From NCBI GenBank assembly GCA_002328165.1, contig DCWS01000029.1, positions 46,387 to 110,386 on the forward strand: a DNA stretch of 64,000 nucleotides, written 5' to 3'. This DNA is from Desulfobacteraceae bacterium UBA2156 (GTDB lineage: Bacteria > Desulfobacterota > Desulfobacteria > Desulfobacterales > UBA2156). This document shows positions 50,022 to 60,994 of the stretch, in pieces (position 1 is the first letter of the stretch; each line of letters opens with the position of its first letter). The notes below the pieces were generated by a model. That model worked only from the letters and a program-made list of their open reading frames with translations. It ran no database searches and had not been told where the DNA came from. A program made the translations under genes and the position numbers.

Positions 50022-52106
50022 TTAGGCTGAAATTTTAGAAAAATCTGCAAATTTTCCAAATAAAGCAGCAATTCGTCCCAACACCGCAAGACGGTTATGG
50101 CGTATTTTTATATCCTCGGCCATGACCATGACCCCGTCAAAAAAAACATCCACCGGCTTGCGCAAACCAGCGATATCCAGAAGCGCCTGGCTAAAATCCC
50201 CTCTTTTCAGGTTTTCTCTGACCCTTTTTTGAACCTTTTTATAGGCGTTGTATAGGTCAGACTCGCATCCGTGCTGAAACTGTTTTTCATCAACATCGGT
50301 TGTTTCAACCCGACCCGCCTGTTTTATGATATTGACCACACGCTTAAAGGCGATGGCAAGGGGTTCAAAATCAGGAGCGGATCTGAGTCGTTCCAGCGCC
50401 TGAACCCGCTTCCAGACTTCCGGTATATGATCTACCGAGACATGTATAACCGCTGCAATGACATCTTTTGAAAATCCTTCTTCAGAGAGGAGATGGACCA
50501 TCCGGCGCTTTAAAAAAGCATAAATCTTTTGGCCGGTCTCATTTTTATCATCTGTTTTCTTTTCTCCAAAAAGCCCGATGCCTTTTTCGATCATCTCTTT
50601 TATGGAAAAGGGCATCTTCTTATAAAGCATGATCTGAGCGATCCCGATCCCCTGGCGACGGAGTGCGTAAGGATCGGATGCACCGGTAGGGACAAGTCCA
50701 ACACAGAAACAGCCACAAATAGAATCGATTTTATCGGCGATACTCAATATCGCGCCGGTCATGGTTTCAGGGAGCGGACCACCGGAGTAAGTGGGCCGGT
50801 AATGCTCTTCGATCGCTGTCGCCACAAGGGGAGGTTCCCCAGCAACCGTCGCGTAGATCCGTCCCATAATCCCCTGAAGTTTCGGAAATTCTACGGCCAC
50901 CTGGCTGACGAGATCGGCCTTGCACAAAAGGGCGGCCCGCATCACCTGTTCCTTGATCTTTGAATCATATTCCCCTGCATCGGCCAAAAATGCCCCAAGT
51001 TCTTGAACCCGCATGATCTTTTCATACATCGATCCCAGCCTGGCCTGAAAGAGAACCTTTTTCAATTTTTTGATCCTAACATTAAAAGGGACTTCCAGAT
51101 CGCTTTGGTAAAAAAATTGAGCATCTTTCAGTCGAGCCCGGATCACTCTTTCGTGCCCTTTTCCGGAGAGATCCCTGTTTTTTACAACGGTATTGTTCAT
51201 TGCAATAAAACACGGCATTAGATTTTCGTTTTCATCTGTTAGGGCAAAATATTTTTGATGTTCCCGCATGGCAGTAATGAGTATCTCCCTGGGAAGTTCA
51301 AGAAAAGCTTCTTCAAATGCCCCTGCCACAGCAACCGGATACTCCACCAGGTTGTTGACAGTATCCACAAGCGCACCATCGGTTAACACTTTTCCACCAA
51401 GACCCTTTGCAGCCGTTTCAATTTCATCCTCAACCCTTTCCCGCCGTTCCTTTCCATCTACCAAGACGAACGCCTTGCGCAGTTGTTGAACATATGTGTC
51501 AGGATGAGAAACCTTGATTCGGGATGGATGCATGAAACTGTGCCCATATACACACCTGTTACTTTTAATACCCCCTAAAACAAATGGAACGATCTGACCC
51601 CCCAGGAGTGCCAGGATCGAACGGATCGGTCTTGCGAATGAAACAGAGATACATCCCCATCGCATGGTTTTGGGAAAGGGCATTGACAGAATGACCTCCG
51701 GTAAGATGGTCTGAAGAACTGTACGGGTTGCCGATCCTTTTTCTGTTTTTTTAACAGACAGATAGAGGCCCCTGTCCGTCTTTTTAATTTTTAGAGCTTT
51801 CAATGAACTTCCTGTTTTTTCTGCAAATTTCTTTGCCGCCAGAGTGGGTTGACCGTTTTCATCAAACCCGATCCCTGCCGGAGGTCCGATGATCTCATCT
51901 GTTAAAGACCTTTGTCTATCCGCAACATTTTCGACAGTTACCGCGAGCCGTCTGGGGGTTCCAAATGTTCTTGCGGCACCATGGCCAATGTGGGCATCGG
52001 TCATTTTTTGCAGTAAACGTGATGATAGCGCTTTTAAGGCGGGTGCAATATAGCCTGCCGGTATCTCCTCTGTTCCTATTTCAAGCAACAGTGTTTTCAT
52101 GTACAC
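50022..52106 (-). CDS. glyS: Glycine--tRNA ligase beta subunit
   Basis: The 694-aa product begins LLLEIGTEEIPAGY and shows the typical GlyS pattern throughout. It lies immediately downstream of glyQ. Confidence 0.95.
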   Translation of the reverse strand: MYMKTLLLEIGTEEIPAGYIAPALKALSSRLLQKMTDAHIGHGAARTFGTPRRLAVTVENVADRQRSLTDEIIGPPAGIGFDENGQPTLAAKKFAEKTGSSLKALKIKKTDRGLYLSVKKTEKGSATRTVLQTILPEVILSMPFPKTMRWGCISVSFARPIRSILALLGGQIVPFVLGGIKSNRCVYGHSFMHPSRIKVSHPDTYVQQLRKAFVLVDGKERRERVEDEIETAAKGLGGKVLTDGALVDTVNNLVEYPVAVAGAFEEAFLELPREILITAMREHQKYFALTDENENLMPCFIAMNNTVVKNRDLSGKGHERVIRARLKDAQFFYQSDLEVPFNVRIKKLKKVLFQARLGSMYEKIMRVQELGAFLADAGEYDSKIKEQVMRAALLCKADLVSQVAVEFPKLQGIMGRIYATVAGEPPLVATAIEEHYRPTYSGGPLPETMTGAILSIADKIDSICGCFCVGLVPTGASDPYALRRQGIGIAQIMLYKKMPFSIKEMIEKGIGLFGEKKTDDKNETGQKIYAFLKRRMVHLLSEEGFSKDVIAAVIHVSVDHIPEVWKRVQALERLRSAPDFEPLAIAFKRVVNIIKQAGRVETTDVDEKQFQHGCESDLYNAYKKVQKRVRENLKRGDFSQALLDIAGLRKPVDVFFDGVMVMAEDIKIRHNRLAVLGRIAALFGKFADFSKISA

Positions 52107-52118
52107 CTCTAATAAATA

Positions 52119-52991
52119 TTACGAGTTTTTAGATAACGGAAAACCCATTGTTTCTCTCTGTTCCAGATATCCTTCTGCACAGGCACGGGCCAGATTTCTG
52201 ATCCGGGCGATATAGCCGGTTCTCTCTGTGACACTGATTGCACCGCGGGCATCCAGTAGGTTAAATGTATGCGAACATTTCAGACAGTATTCATACGCCG
52301 GCAAAACCATTGAGGCCTGTATCACCCGGGTGGCTTCCTTTTCGTATGTATTAAAAAGCGCCAAAAGCATATCTACATCCGCCAGTTCAAAATTGTAGGT
52401 TGATTGTTCCACTTCCTGCTGATGATGGATATCTCCGTAAGCAATACTGTCGTCCCATTTCAAATCATAAACACTATCGATCCCCTGAAGGTACATAGCG
52501 ATCCGCTCCAGGCCATAGGTGAGTTCGACGGAAATTGGATAGAGCTCAATACTTCCGGCCAACTGAAAATACGTAAACTGCGTGATTTCCATACCGTCCA
52601 ACCAAACCTCCCATCCCAGACCTGAAGCACCCAAAGTAGGAGATTCCCAGTCATCTTCAACAAACCGAATATCATGTTCTTCAGGATCGATACCGAGAAC
52701 TTTGAGGCTTTGAAGAAAAAGTTTTTGAATATTGGGCGGAGAAGGTTTGAGGAGCACTTGATATTGGTAGTAATGCTGAAGCCGGTTGGGATTTTCTCCA
52801 TATCGGCCATCGGTGGGTCGCCGGGACGGCTGAACATATGCAACGTTCCAGGGTTCCGGACCTAGCGATTTGAGAAGAGTTGCCGGATGAAAGGTACCGG
52901 CACCCACTTCCGTATCATAGGGTTGAACCAGAACGCACCCTTTACGCATCCAATACCTGTTCAACGTCATTATCATTTCCTGAAAATTCAT
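52119..52991 (-). CDS. glyQ: Glycine--tRNA ligase alpha subunit
   Basis: The start is the ATG at 52991 ([14 protein letters not shown]), which overlaps the upstream gene's TGA as ATGA. The core is highly conserved ([23 protein letters not shown]). Confidence 0.95.
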   Translation of the reverse strand: MNFQEMIMTLNRYWMRKGCVLVQPYDTEVGAGTFHPATLLKSLGPEPWNVAYVQPSRRPTDGRYGENPNRLQHYYQYQVLLKPSPPNIQKLFLQSLKVLGIDPEEHDIRFVEDDWESPTLGASGLGWEVWLDGMEITQFTYFQLAGSIELYPISVELTYGLERIAMYLQGIDSVYDLKWDDSIAYGDIHHQQEVEQSTYNFELADVDMLLALFNTYEKEATRVIQASMVLPAYEYCLKCSHTFNLLDARGAISVTERTGYIARIRNLARACAEGYLEQRETMGFPLSKNS

Positions 52992-54058
52992 TTTTCTTTT
53001 CTTACCCCCTTTGAATCTATCTCGATCTGGAGCAGACGGGCATCTTTCCTGGATCCAAGGATGTCTCTCCAATCGTTTCTTAATCGGTCAATACTAATTT
53101 TTTCACCCAATGCCCAAATGCACCCTCCCCCTCCTGCCCCGGTAAATCTAGCACCACACTCACATTTCAAGGCAACATCAACCAGCTTTTTTCCCATCTC
53201 GTCGAGAACCTCAGGAGTCATCCTTCGTCTCAACGCTGTCTCCCGGTTCATCGACACCAAAGCAGTCTCATAATTTCCATCAGAAAGGGATTTAACAAAA
53301 GTTTTGACACATTCTATAATTTCATACCAATAATTCCTCTGTTTTCCCGAGACAAACTGTCGGATCCATCGGCTGTTAATCTGTTTTGATTCATGGGGTA
53401 TGCCACAGTATGCCAAAAGGAGATGTCGGGCAAAATCGGTATGAATTTTTTTTTTAATGACAATTTTCCGCTTATAACAAGATCCTTTTACCTCTCCGGG
53501 CCAAAACCACGCATTCACCCCGCCGTAAACAGCTGCAAGTTGATCCTGAAGACCGCAGGGTACACCCGCTACGCTTTGTTCCACTGCATGGGCCAGCAAA
53601 GCAATTTTTGACCGCGGGAGAGGGATTGCCCCCATTTTCTTGTAGGTCTCTGAAAATGCAGCAATTAGCGCTACCGCGGCTGCCGATGAGCCGCCCAGAG
53701 CACTTTTTGGGGGAGATGAGGATTCGATATTGATGTGAGTCCCCTCTGCCTTGAAGTAGGATGCAATCGCAAACATCAGACCAAGCGGATGATCAAAGGG
53801 GGCGTGTTCAAAGGGATAGGTTGCGCTTTTGAACCCCTTTGAGGAAATTTTCACCATACCTTTTTGAAAGGGGCGGAGCGACACCTTTGTCCTGAGATTG
53901 ATCGCAATGTTAAAGGTACACGGGACAAGATGTCGAAGCGGATAAAAAAAAGTGCCGATATCCAGCGTTCCTCCCATATCGATCCTATTGGGGGCGGACG
54001 TTTCAATCTCCTCTGTTTCTAGAATATCTCTGAAGTCTATTTTTCTATTTTCAGTCAT
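52988..54058 (-). CDS. GHMP-family sugar kinase (HddA/fucokinase-like)
   Basis: The 356-aa product has GHMP motif 2 [18 protein letters not shown] and a C-terminal GAGGGGC motif. Confidence 0.75.
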   Translation of the reverse strand: MTENRKIDFRDILETEEIETSAPNRIDMGGTLDIGTFFYPLRHLVPCTFNIAINLRTKVSLRPFQKGMVKISSKGFKSATYPFEHAPFDHPLGLMFAIASYFKAEGTHINIESSSPPKSALGGSSAAAVALIAAFSETYKKMGAIPLPRSKIALLAHAVEQSVAGVPCGLQDQLAAVYGGVNAWFWPGEVKGSCYKRKIVIKKKIHTDFARHLLLAYCGIPHESKQINSRWIRQFVSGKQRNYWYEIIECVKTFVKSLSDGNYETALVSMNRETALRRRMTPEVLDEMGKKLVDVALKCECGARFTGAGGGGCIWALGEKISIDRLRNDWRDILGSRKDARLLQIEIDSKGVRKEK

Positions 54059-54100
54059 TGTCTTTGACCTGGCCTACACAGGATAGGGGCGCGAACCCAA

Positions 54101-54871
54101 TTATTGATCATTCCTAAGCCGTCGCAGGAATTTAAGACTTCGGGGTTCTTTCCCCAGGTGATAGGGAACGAATGCCTCTAAAAATTCCTGTCCCTCCTGA
54201 ATCGCCGGAAGCGAAAATCTGATCCGCTCCGCCTTTGTCCAGTCGCCGCTTTCAAACCATCGGAGCTGTTTTATGGTTCCCTTTGAAAGCGATCTTTTGT
54301 TTAACGACCCCGAGATACATTTTTCACATAGGAGCCCCCCTTTTACAAGATCAAAAGTAATCCTGTTTTTTCTCATCTTTTCCATCCCTGTTCGGCAAAC
54401 GCTGCAGTGCTCCAGATTTGGATAAAATCCGGATAGTTTCATAAATCTCATTTGAAACAAAATCGAAAGGGTCTCTTCCGGCAGATGGTCTTGATCGAGT
54501 TTATCCAGAACCTGCTGGAAAAGGAGATAAAGCTGGACCTGTTTCTCACCCTCTTCCAGCCATTGATTAATCAACTCCGCCCAATAACTGGCATAGGCTG
54601 TTTTTTTGATGTCCCCCCGAATGTGTTGAAATGGGTGTTTCAAGGCTGCTGCCTGCAAAACAGGTAGGCCCTTGCGCTGACTCGTTCTGTAAACCACATT
54701 CAAAACAGAAAAAATCTCAAGGACCCCTGAAAACCGTTTGGTACTTTTTTTGGCCGATTTTGCGATGGCTGAGATTTTTCCCCCGTCGAATGTAAAAAGG
54801 GTAACAATGAGATCATGATCACCATAATCAATCCGACGCAGCAAAATGGCGGGTGTTGATATGATAGGCAT
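54101..54871 (-). CDS. recO: DNA repair protein RecO
   Basis: The 256-aa product has an OB-fold N-terminus (AILLRRIDYGDHDLIVTLFT) and a zinc motif CSVC...CEKC. Confidence 0.85.
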   Translation of the reverse strand: MPIISTPAILLRRIDYGDHDLIVTLFTFDGGKISAIAKSAKKSTKRFSGVLEIFSVLNVVYRTSQRKGLPVLQAAALKHPFQHIRGDIKKTAYASYWAELINQWLEEGEKQVQLYLLFQQVLDKLDQDHLPEETLSILFQMRFMKLSGFYPNLEHCSVCRTGMEKMRKNRITFDLVKGGLLCEKCISGSLNKRSLSKGTIKQLRWFESGDWTKAERIRFSLPAIQEGQEFLEAFVPYHLGKEPRSLKFLRRLRNDQ

Positions 54872-54875
54872 ATCT

Positions 54876-56228
54876 TCAGAGACCCAGGAGGGTCGTGGCG
54901 ATTTGAAAGTAGAAAAAAACGCTGATGATATCGATAGCGGTTGTCACAAAAGGGCCGCTCGCGACAGCCGGATCGATATTGACCCGTGCAAAGGCCATTG
55001 GTACCAGAGAGCCCACAAGGGCAGCAATGGACATGGAACAAATTAAGGCGATGCCCACCGATACGGCCAGCGCTTCCCTACTGTATCTAAACTGAGCTGC
55101 CATGCCGATGATAATCCCATAAACAAGCCCCAGGATAAGACCGATGGCCAGCTCTTTGGAAACTACGGACCAGATATCTCTCAATTGAAGTCGCCCGGTC
55201 GCAAGTCCTCGTACGACGATGGTAGACGACTGTGTTCCTATGTTTCCACCCATACCCATAATGACCGGGATAAATGCGGCAAGATAGGCGAGCTTGCTTA
55301 GGCTTCCCTCAAAATGTCCAATGATCAAAAATGCAATTATACCACCAAGACAGCTGGCGAAAAGCCAGGGAAGACGAATCCTCGTACTCTTTAAAACAGA
55401 CTTTGTTTCGACAAACTCCTCCCCTGCACCCGCCATCTTAAGCATATCTTCGGTTGCTTCTCGCCGGAAGATATCGATGACATCATCCACAGTAACGATA
55501 CCCACCAGTTTGTTGGCTCCATCTACAACCGGCACGGCCAAAATATCGTAGCGGGCAACAATTTTTGCCACCTCTTCCTGGTCCATATCAGTCTGAACCG
55601 AAAAGACGTCTGTGGTCATGAAATCCCTAAGAGTCGTTTCGTGCGGAACAACCACAAGCTGCCTCAGAGAGATGACTCCCACCAGTTTGTCATACCGGTC
55701 CACAACATACAGATAAAAAGGCATTTCCACATCAAGGTGTTCTTTTTGCAGGGATTCGATCGCTTCTTTAGCAGTAGTGTCTTCTGCCAACGCGATAAAA
55801 TCAGGAAGCATGATGCCACCGGCCGTATCATCCTTGTAACGCAGAAGATCTTCAACCTCTTCAGATCCCTCCACTTTCATCTTTTCAAGGATGGTATCAG
55901 ACATTTTCTCGGGAAGTCGCCCAATTAGATCTGCAACATCATCGGTGGGCATCTGTTCCAAAATTTCGACGAAATGATCCAACTCCACCCCTTCAACCAG
56001 ATCGAGAAAAGTGTCTTCATCCAGTTCCGTAAAGAGGATACCTTTTTGTTCCGTGTCCTCGATGATACCGAACAGCTTGCGCTGGTGGGATAGGGATAAA
56101 GACCGAAATACCATCGACAGATCAGCTGCGTGGGTCTTGTTGACAATTTTGATAAGGTGGCTTGTCGCCCCACGCCTTAGCAGTCGCTTGATACTTTCGA
56201 CAAGAATTTTGTTTCGATCAGTCTGCAT
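54876..56228 (-). CDS. mgtE: Magnesium transporter MgtE
   Basis: The 450-aa product has an MgtE_N domain, tandem CBS domains, and a C-terminal TM domain with GGNIGTQS and PFVTTAIDI. Confidence 0.93.
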   Translation of the reverse strand: MQTDRNKILVESIKRLLRRGATSHLIKIVNKTHAADLSMVFRSLSLSHQRKLFGIIEDTEQKGILFTELDEDTFLDLVEGVELDHFVEILEQMPTDDVADLIGRLPEKMSDTILEKMKVEGSEEVEDLLRYKDDTAGGIMLPDFIALAEDTTAKEAIESLQKEHLDVEMPFYLYVVDRYDKLVGVISLRQLVVVPHETTLRDFMTTDVFSVQTDMDQEEVAKIVARYDILAVPVVDGANKLVGIVTVDDVIDIFRREATEDMLKMAGAGEEFVETKSVLKSTRIRLPWLFASCLGGIIAFLIIGHFEGSLSKLAYLAAFIPVIMGMGGNIGTQSSTIVVRGLATGRLQLRDIWSVVSKELAIGLILGLVYGIIIGMAAQFRYSREALAVSVGIALICSMSIAALVGSLVPMAFARVNIDPAVASGPFVTTAIDIISVFFYFQIATTLLGL

Positions 56229-57249
56229 TTAAACGGCCGTTAAACATAATCTTTATATGAGACCTTTTACGAAGATCCTTCAACCATGATTGATACTTGT
56301 CGTTGATGATTTCTTTGTGAAGTTTTGATTCAATCTCAGAAGAAACTTCCTCGACCTGCTTGCCCCCACTGTTTATAATCTCTTCGAGAAAAAAGATCTG
56401 ATAGCCATGCTCGGTTTCAAGGATGTCGGTGAATTCACCCGGTATTATCCCCTTGATGACTTTCTTTACTTGAGGTGAAAGATCATCCAATTCGAACAGC
56501 CCCAGCACTCCTCCGGTCTCACCCGATATTTCAGAATAAATTTTAGCCATCTTTTCAAAAGGATGTCCAGCTTTTAACTCTTTTTGAACCATTTCCATTT
56601 TTTTTTGTACCGCTAGCCTACCATCTTTATCTGCTTCGGACGGAACCCGCATGATAATATGCCGCAAACGAATTTTTTTCTTTCCAGCATATTCCTCAGG
56701 GTGCTGTTTGTAATAGGCCTCTATATCCGCTTTGGTAATCACAATCTTTGATTGCACTTCACGATTGACAAGTTTTCCCCTAAGGATCTGATCCCTGATG
56801 TACTTGCGGTATTCTACCATCGATATCCCATCGCGTTCAAGTGCTTCCTTTAACCTCTTATCCGTAAAGTCGTTGGTTTCTTTAAACCGTTTAATTGCAT
56901 TATCGACTTCTTTTCCACTGATGTTGATTCTGAGGCGTTTAATTTCCTGGTCAACAAGCTTTTCATCGATGAGGCGGTTAAGAACATCCTCTCGGATTTT
57001 AAAGAGTATTTTTTTTTTCTTTTCAGCAGAGTAATCGAGTGTTTTGACTCTCTCTGTAAATGATTTGACCGTCTGGTTCATTTCGAACAGGGAAATAATA
57101 TCATCATTCACCACAGCCACGATTCGATCCACGATCTCTGCGCCACCAGCTCCGGGAACAATCAAAAAAACAATCCCACAAAAAAGAAAAGCAACCGTTG
57201 AGAAACCGACCACATGTTTAAACAATTTTTCAATAATTCTATTTTTCAT
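56218..57249 (-). CDS. SurA-like periplasmic chaperone / PpiC-type peptidyl-prolyl isomerase
   Basis: The 343-aa product has a signal/anchor segment, a SurA_N-like region (IVDRIVAVVNDDIISLFE) and a parvulin domain (IRLRHIIMRVP...GGVLGLFE). Confidence 0.8.
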   Translation of the reverse strand: MKNRIIEKLFKHVVGFSTVAFLFCGIVFLIVPGAGGAEIVDRIVAVVNDDIISLFEMNQTVKSFTERVKTLDYSAEKKKKILFKIREDVLNRLIDEKLVDQEIKRLRINISGKEVDNAIKRFKETNDFTDKRLKEALERDGISMVEYRKYIRDQILRGKLVNREVQSKIVITKADIEAYYKQHPEEYAGKKKIRLRHIIMRVPSEADKDGRLAVQKKMEMVQKELKAGHPFEKMAKIYSEISGETGGVLGLFELDDLSPQVKKVIKGIIPGEFTDILETEHGYQIFFLEEIINSGGKQVEEVSSEIESKLHKEIINDKYQSWLKDLRKRSHIKIMFNGRLNAD

Positions 57250-57304
57250 TATTACCCTTCGTTTTTCTTTTAAAATGGGTCAGAGGCGTTTTGGGCGCTC
57301 TTTA

Positions 57305-60300
57305 TTAAACACGTTCAACAATCTCTTTCAAGATGTTTTTAGTCTGAGCCAGCTGGCTCACTTTGATCTGTTTTGTTAGCTTGACTTCCAAAACCTGATC
57401 TGATGTAAATCCAAATTTTTTTGGATTTGAGTCGATCATCTCAATGATCCCGGTTGGATCCTTTATGTGGGCTTCAGAAAAATTGAGCATCAGTTGATGC
57501 CCGACAAGATCGAGTCGTTTGACCCCTGCTTTGATCGATAACACCCTCAATAACACTTTTGAGAGAAGGTTGACCGCCTCCCGGGGTAAAGCGCCAAACC
57601 GATCGATCAGCTCCCCTTTAAAATCAGATATCTCACTCAATTCGGCTACCTTTGTCAGACGGCGATATGCTGAAAGCCGCTGGTCGATATCCGGGATATA
57701 AGTCTCCGGAAAATATGCCGGTAAGTCCAGGTGTATTTCCGGCTCCAGGGTTTTGGGGAGGGGATCCCCTTTCAATTCAGCCATGGCGTTTTCCATGAGC
57801 TGAAGAAACATGTCATATCCAACCGCCGCAATATGGCCCGACTGGGAAGCGCCTAAAACAGTACCGCCGCCTCTGATTTCCAAATCACTCATGGCGATCT
57901 GAAATCCTGAACCGAGATCACTGTGTTCCATCAATACTTTCAGTCGCTTTTGCGCATCAATGCCAAGAAGGCTCTCTTTGGGGATAAAGAGGTAGGCATA
58001 GGCCTGTTCTTCCGCCCGTCCCACACGACCCCGCAGTTGATAGATCTGCCCCAAACCAAATCGATCCGCTCGATTCACCAGTATGGTGTTTGCAGAGGGG
58101 ATATCCAATCCTGCCTCGATGATGGTGGTGCAGACCAACAGATCAATTTCTCTGCAAAGAAACGACAGCATCACCTTCTCCAGATCATCCCCATCTAAAC
58201 GACCGTGTGCCACACCCAGTCTCACCTCAGGCACCAATTCTTTTAAATATTTTGCCATTGCCGATATGGTCTGAATATTGTTGTGGACAAAGAAAATTTG
58301 TCCCTCTCTGTTAACCTCTTTCCGAATCGCCTCAGAAACGAGTGCATCATCCATTTCAGAAATATAGGTGATGATAGAATGGCGATGCTCCGGAGGGGTC
58401 GAAATAATACTTATATCCCGTATCCCCATCAGGGAGATGTGAAGGGTTCTAGGAATCGGTGTCGCAGTCAACGCCAGAACATCCACCGTGCTCCTCATTT
58501 TTTTCAACTTCTCCTTATGTTTGACACCAAATCGCTGCTCCTCGTCGATGATGATCAGTCCCAAATCTTTAAAAGATACATCCTTCTGGAGAAGACGATG
58601 GGTTCCGATAACAATATCTAACTCGCCTGTTTTAAGATCGTGTATGATGGAACGTTGTTCACTCGGCGGGCGGAATCTGCTCAGGCAATTCACTTGGATC
58701 GGGTATGGTTCGAACCGTTTTGCAAAAGTAGCATGATGTTGCTCCGCGAGGACAGTGGTCGGAACAAGGATTGCCACCTGTTTTCCGTCATTTGCAGCCA
58801 TATAGGATGCCCGAAGCGCCACCTCCGTCTTACCGTAACCCACATCTCCACAAACCAGGCGATCCATGGGTGTTGGTCTTGCCATATCTTCAAGGACATC
58901 CTCAATTGCCTTGAGTTGGTCATCTGTCTCTTCAAATGGAAAAGCAGATTCAAAATCGCGAAAATAACTGTCCGGAGATCCGAAAGCGTACCCGTTTTTC
59001 ACCTTTCTCGCCGCATAGAGTTTTAACAGTTCCCCGGCGATCTTCTCGGCCGATCGTTTGATACGTTTTTTAATCCTCTCCCAGGACCTGCCACCCATTT
59101 TGTCAAGCACTGGTTTAATGTTATCAGCCCCGACATACTTTCGAACCATATTCATGCGATCTACAGGAAGATAGAGCTTGTCGTTATCTTGGTAGATAAT
59201 CAGAAGATAATCGTTTGAAGCGCCATCTAATTTGAGCCTGACGAGGCCCCCATACCTCCCGATACCATGTTCATCGTGAACAACCACGTTGCCTTTTTTG
59301 AGATCTTCAAAGGCAATCTGCTCTGATTGAATCCTTTGGTCGGATTTTTTCCGCTTTCGGCGTTTCGTGCCGAATATTTCATCTTCGGTCACAAGCGACA
59401 GTGCTTCTGTCGGCCACACGAACCCCTGTGAAACCTCACCAATGCAGAGGTACACCCGCCCTTTTTTCATTTTTTTTGCCGATGCAACTTTAAGAAAACC
59501 GTCCAAGATTTCAGGGTGTATATCATAGGGGAAAAGGAGCAAATTCAACCGCTCGGCCTGTGAGTCGGTACCACAAACAAGGAGGGTATCACAACCGGCG
59601 GCGGTTTGATCTTTGATCCAGGTAGCAAGGTGGAGAAAAAAATGCTCCTTTTCCTTTTGGCGTTGGAGTTTTCCGCTTAACTCGCTGTTTTCTTCAACAA
59701 AAAACCGGCATGATTGAACGTCCTGACTCGCGTGGGAAACGCCGATTGACAACGGAAGTCTTTCAAAGATCAACGGTTTCTTCCCCATAAAGGTTGCCTT
59801 TGCCTTCTCCCACTCCAGATAAAGATGATTCGGTTTAACACAGAGTTTCCCCTCGTCTCGGGCTGTCTTAAAATTATTAGCGGCCTGTTCCTGGGATTTT
59901 TCAGCAGCCTTTTCAAGTTCCTTCAGCTCCATTAAAATAAAGAGCGCCTGATTCGGGATATAATCAAAAAATGTATTGAGTGATGGATAAATGAATGGAA
60001 TTAGGCCCTCTATCCCCGGGGAAACAACTTCATTTTTCAATTGATCGATCGTTTTCCTCACCTGAGTGACCGGCGTTTCAAGCTCGGCGGCTTCTCTTCT
60101 GATTTGGCTGATGATATGATGCAGGCGATCCTTTTTTATTATCGTTTCCTTTGCCGGAAGGATGATTGCCTCAGATATCCTTTTTCGTCTCCTTTGGGTA
60201 GCCGGGGAAAAGAATCGCAATGATTCAACCGTCTCCCCCGATAATTCGATGCGCAATGGATATGAATAAAGCGGTGTATATAGGTCCAGGATACCACCTC

Positions 60301-60832
60301 TTAGACTAAAATCACCCGGTTCCTCGACAATCAGGGAACGGGTATATCCACCGAAAATGAGTTTTTGAATCAAACCATTCCGATCGATCTCCTCACCTTC
60401 AATGATGAGTTCGGCATAATCGGTTATTTCATGTTTCGGAACAATTTTTTGCAGCAGCGCATCGACTGTTGTCACCACTAGGGGAGATGCCCCTCCTGCG
60501 GTCAGTTGATAAAGGGTTCGTATTCTCCTTGCAGCAGTTTCATTGTGATAAGAAAGAAATTTAAAAGGCAAAATGTGATAGGAGGGAAAATAGATGAGTG
60601 GAAGGCCGGACCGATTTGAAAAAAAATGCAAATCCTGAAAAAACCTTTCTCCATCCTTCGATGAAGGTAAGATTACAACTGTGGGGAGATGAAGTCGCAG
60701 ATAAATCTGCACTGTCAAATAGGCTGCCTCAGCTCCGTGAATGCCCGTACAATGAATCCGGCTGCGCCTTTGAGGTATCGAATTGATGAAAGTTTGAAGT
60801 GAAGTTTTTTCTTGATTTCGATCTGTATTCAC
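57305..60832 (-). CDS. mfd: Transcription-repair coupling factor Mfd
   Basis: The 1175-aa product has a CarD-like domain, helicase motifs CGDVGYGKTEVALRA and IIDEEQRFG, and a TRG region. The start is GTG at 60832. Confidence 0.96.
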   Translation of the reverse strand: MNTDRNQEKTSLQTFINSIPQRRSRIHCTGIHGAEAAYLTVQIYLRLHLPTVVILPSSKDGERFFQDLHFFSNRSGLPLIYFPSYHILPFKFLSYHNETAARRIRTLYQLTAGGASPLVVTTVDALLQKIVPKHEITDYAELIIEGEEIDRNGLIQKLIFGGYTRSLIVEEPGDFSLRGGILDLYTPLYSYPLRIELSGETVESLRFFSPATQRRRKRISEAIILPAKETIIKKDRLHHIISQIRREAAELETPVTQVRKTIDQLKNEVVSPGIEGLIPFIYPSLNTFFDYIPNQALFILMELKELEKAAEKSQEQAANNFKTARDEGKLCVKPNHLYLEWEKAKATFMGKKPLIFERLPLSIGVSHASQDVQSCRFFVEENSELSGKLQRQKEKEHFFLHLATWIKDQTAAGCDTLLVCGTDSQAERLNLLLFPYDIHPEILDGFLKVASAKKMKKGRVYLCIGEVSQGFVWPTEALSLVTEDEIFGTKRRKRKKSDQRIQSEQIAFEDLKKGNVVVHDEHGIGRYGGLVRLKLDGASNDYLLIIYQDNDKLYLPVDRMNMVRKYVGADNIKPVLDKMGGRSWERIKKRIKRSAEKIAGELLKLYAARKVKNGYAFGSPDSYFRDFESAFPFEETDDQLKAIEDVLEDMARPTPMDRLVCGDVGYGKTEVALRASYMAANDGKQVAILVPTTVLAEQHHATFAKRFEPYPIQVNCLSRFRPPSEQRSIIHDLKTGELDIVIGTHRLLQKDVSFKDLGLIIIDEEQRFGVKHKEKLKKMRSTVDVLALTATPIPRTLHISLMGIRDISIISTPPEHRHSIITYISEMDDALVSEAIRKEVNREGQIFFVHNNIQTISAMAKYLKELVPEVRLGVAHGRLDGDDLEKVMLSFLCREIDLLVCTTIIEAGLDIPSANTILVNRADRFGLGQIYQLRGRVGRAEEQAYAYLFIPKESLLGIDAQKRLKVLMEHSDLGSGFQIAMSDLEIRGGGTVLGASQSGHIAAVGYDMFLQLMENAMAELKGDPLPKTLEPEIHLDLPAYFPETYIPDIDQRLSAYRRLTKVAELSEISDFKGELIDRFGALPREAVNLLSKVLLRVLSIKAGVKRLDLVGHQLMLNFSEAHIKDPTGIIEMIDSNPKKFGFTSDQVLEVKLTKQIKVSQLAQTKNILKEIVERV

Positions 60833-60853
60833 AATAGCTTATCCATACAACAT

Positions 60854-60929
60854 GCCGGCGTAGCTCAGATGGTAGAGCAGCTGATTCGTAATCAGCAGGT
60901 CGACGGTTCAATTCCGCCCGCCGGCTCCA
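60854..60929 (+). tRNA. tRNA-Thr (anticodon CGU)
   Basis: The 76-nt cloverleaf reads GCCGGCG-TA-GCTC-AGATGGTA-GAGC-A-GCTGA-TTCGTAA-TCAGC-AGGTC-GACGG-TTCAATT-CCGCC-CGCCGGC-T-CCA. It is close to E. coli thrW in layout, has one A-C mismatch in the T stem, and encodes the CCA end. Confidence 0.92.
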
Positions 60930-60940
60930 CAAATACTAAG

Positions 60941-60982
60941 GGATTGCAGGCATTTAGCCTCCAATCTCTTTTTTTTATTTTT
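60941..60982 (+). terminator. Rho-independent terminator after tRNA-Thr
   Basis: The hairpin GGATTGCAGGC-ATTTA-GCCTCCAATC forms 9 of 10 pairs at 60941-60966. It is followed by a T-rich run, TCTTTTTTTTATTTTT. Confidence 0.6.
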
Positions 60983-60994
60983 GGACACTATATC

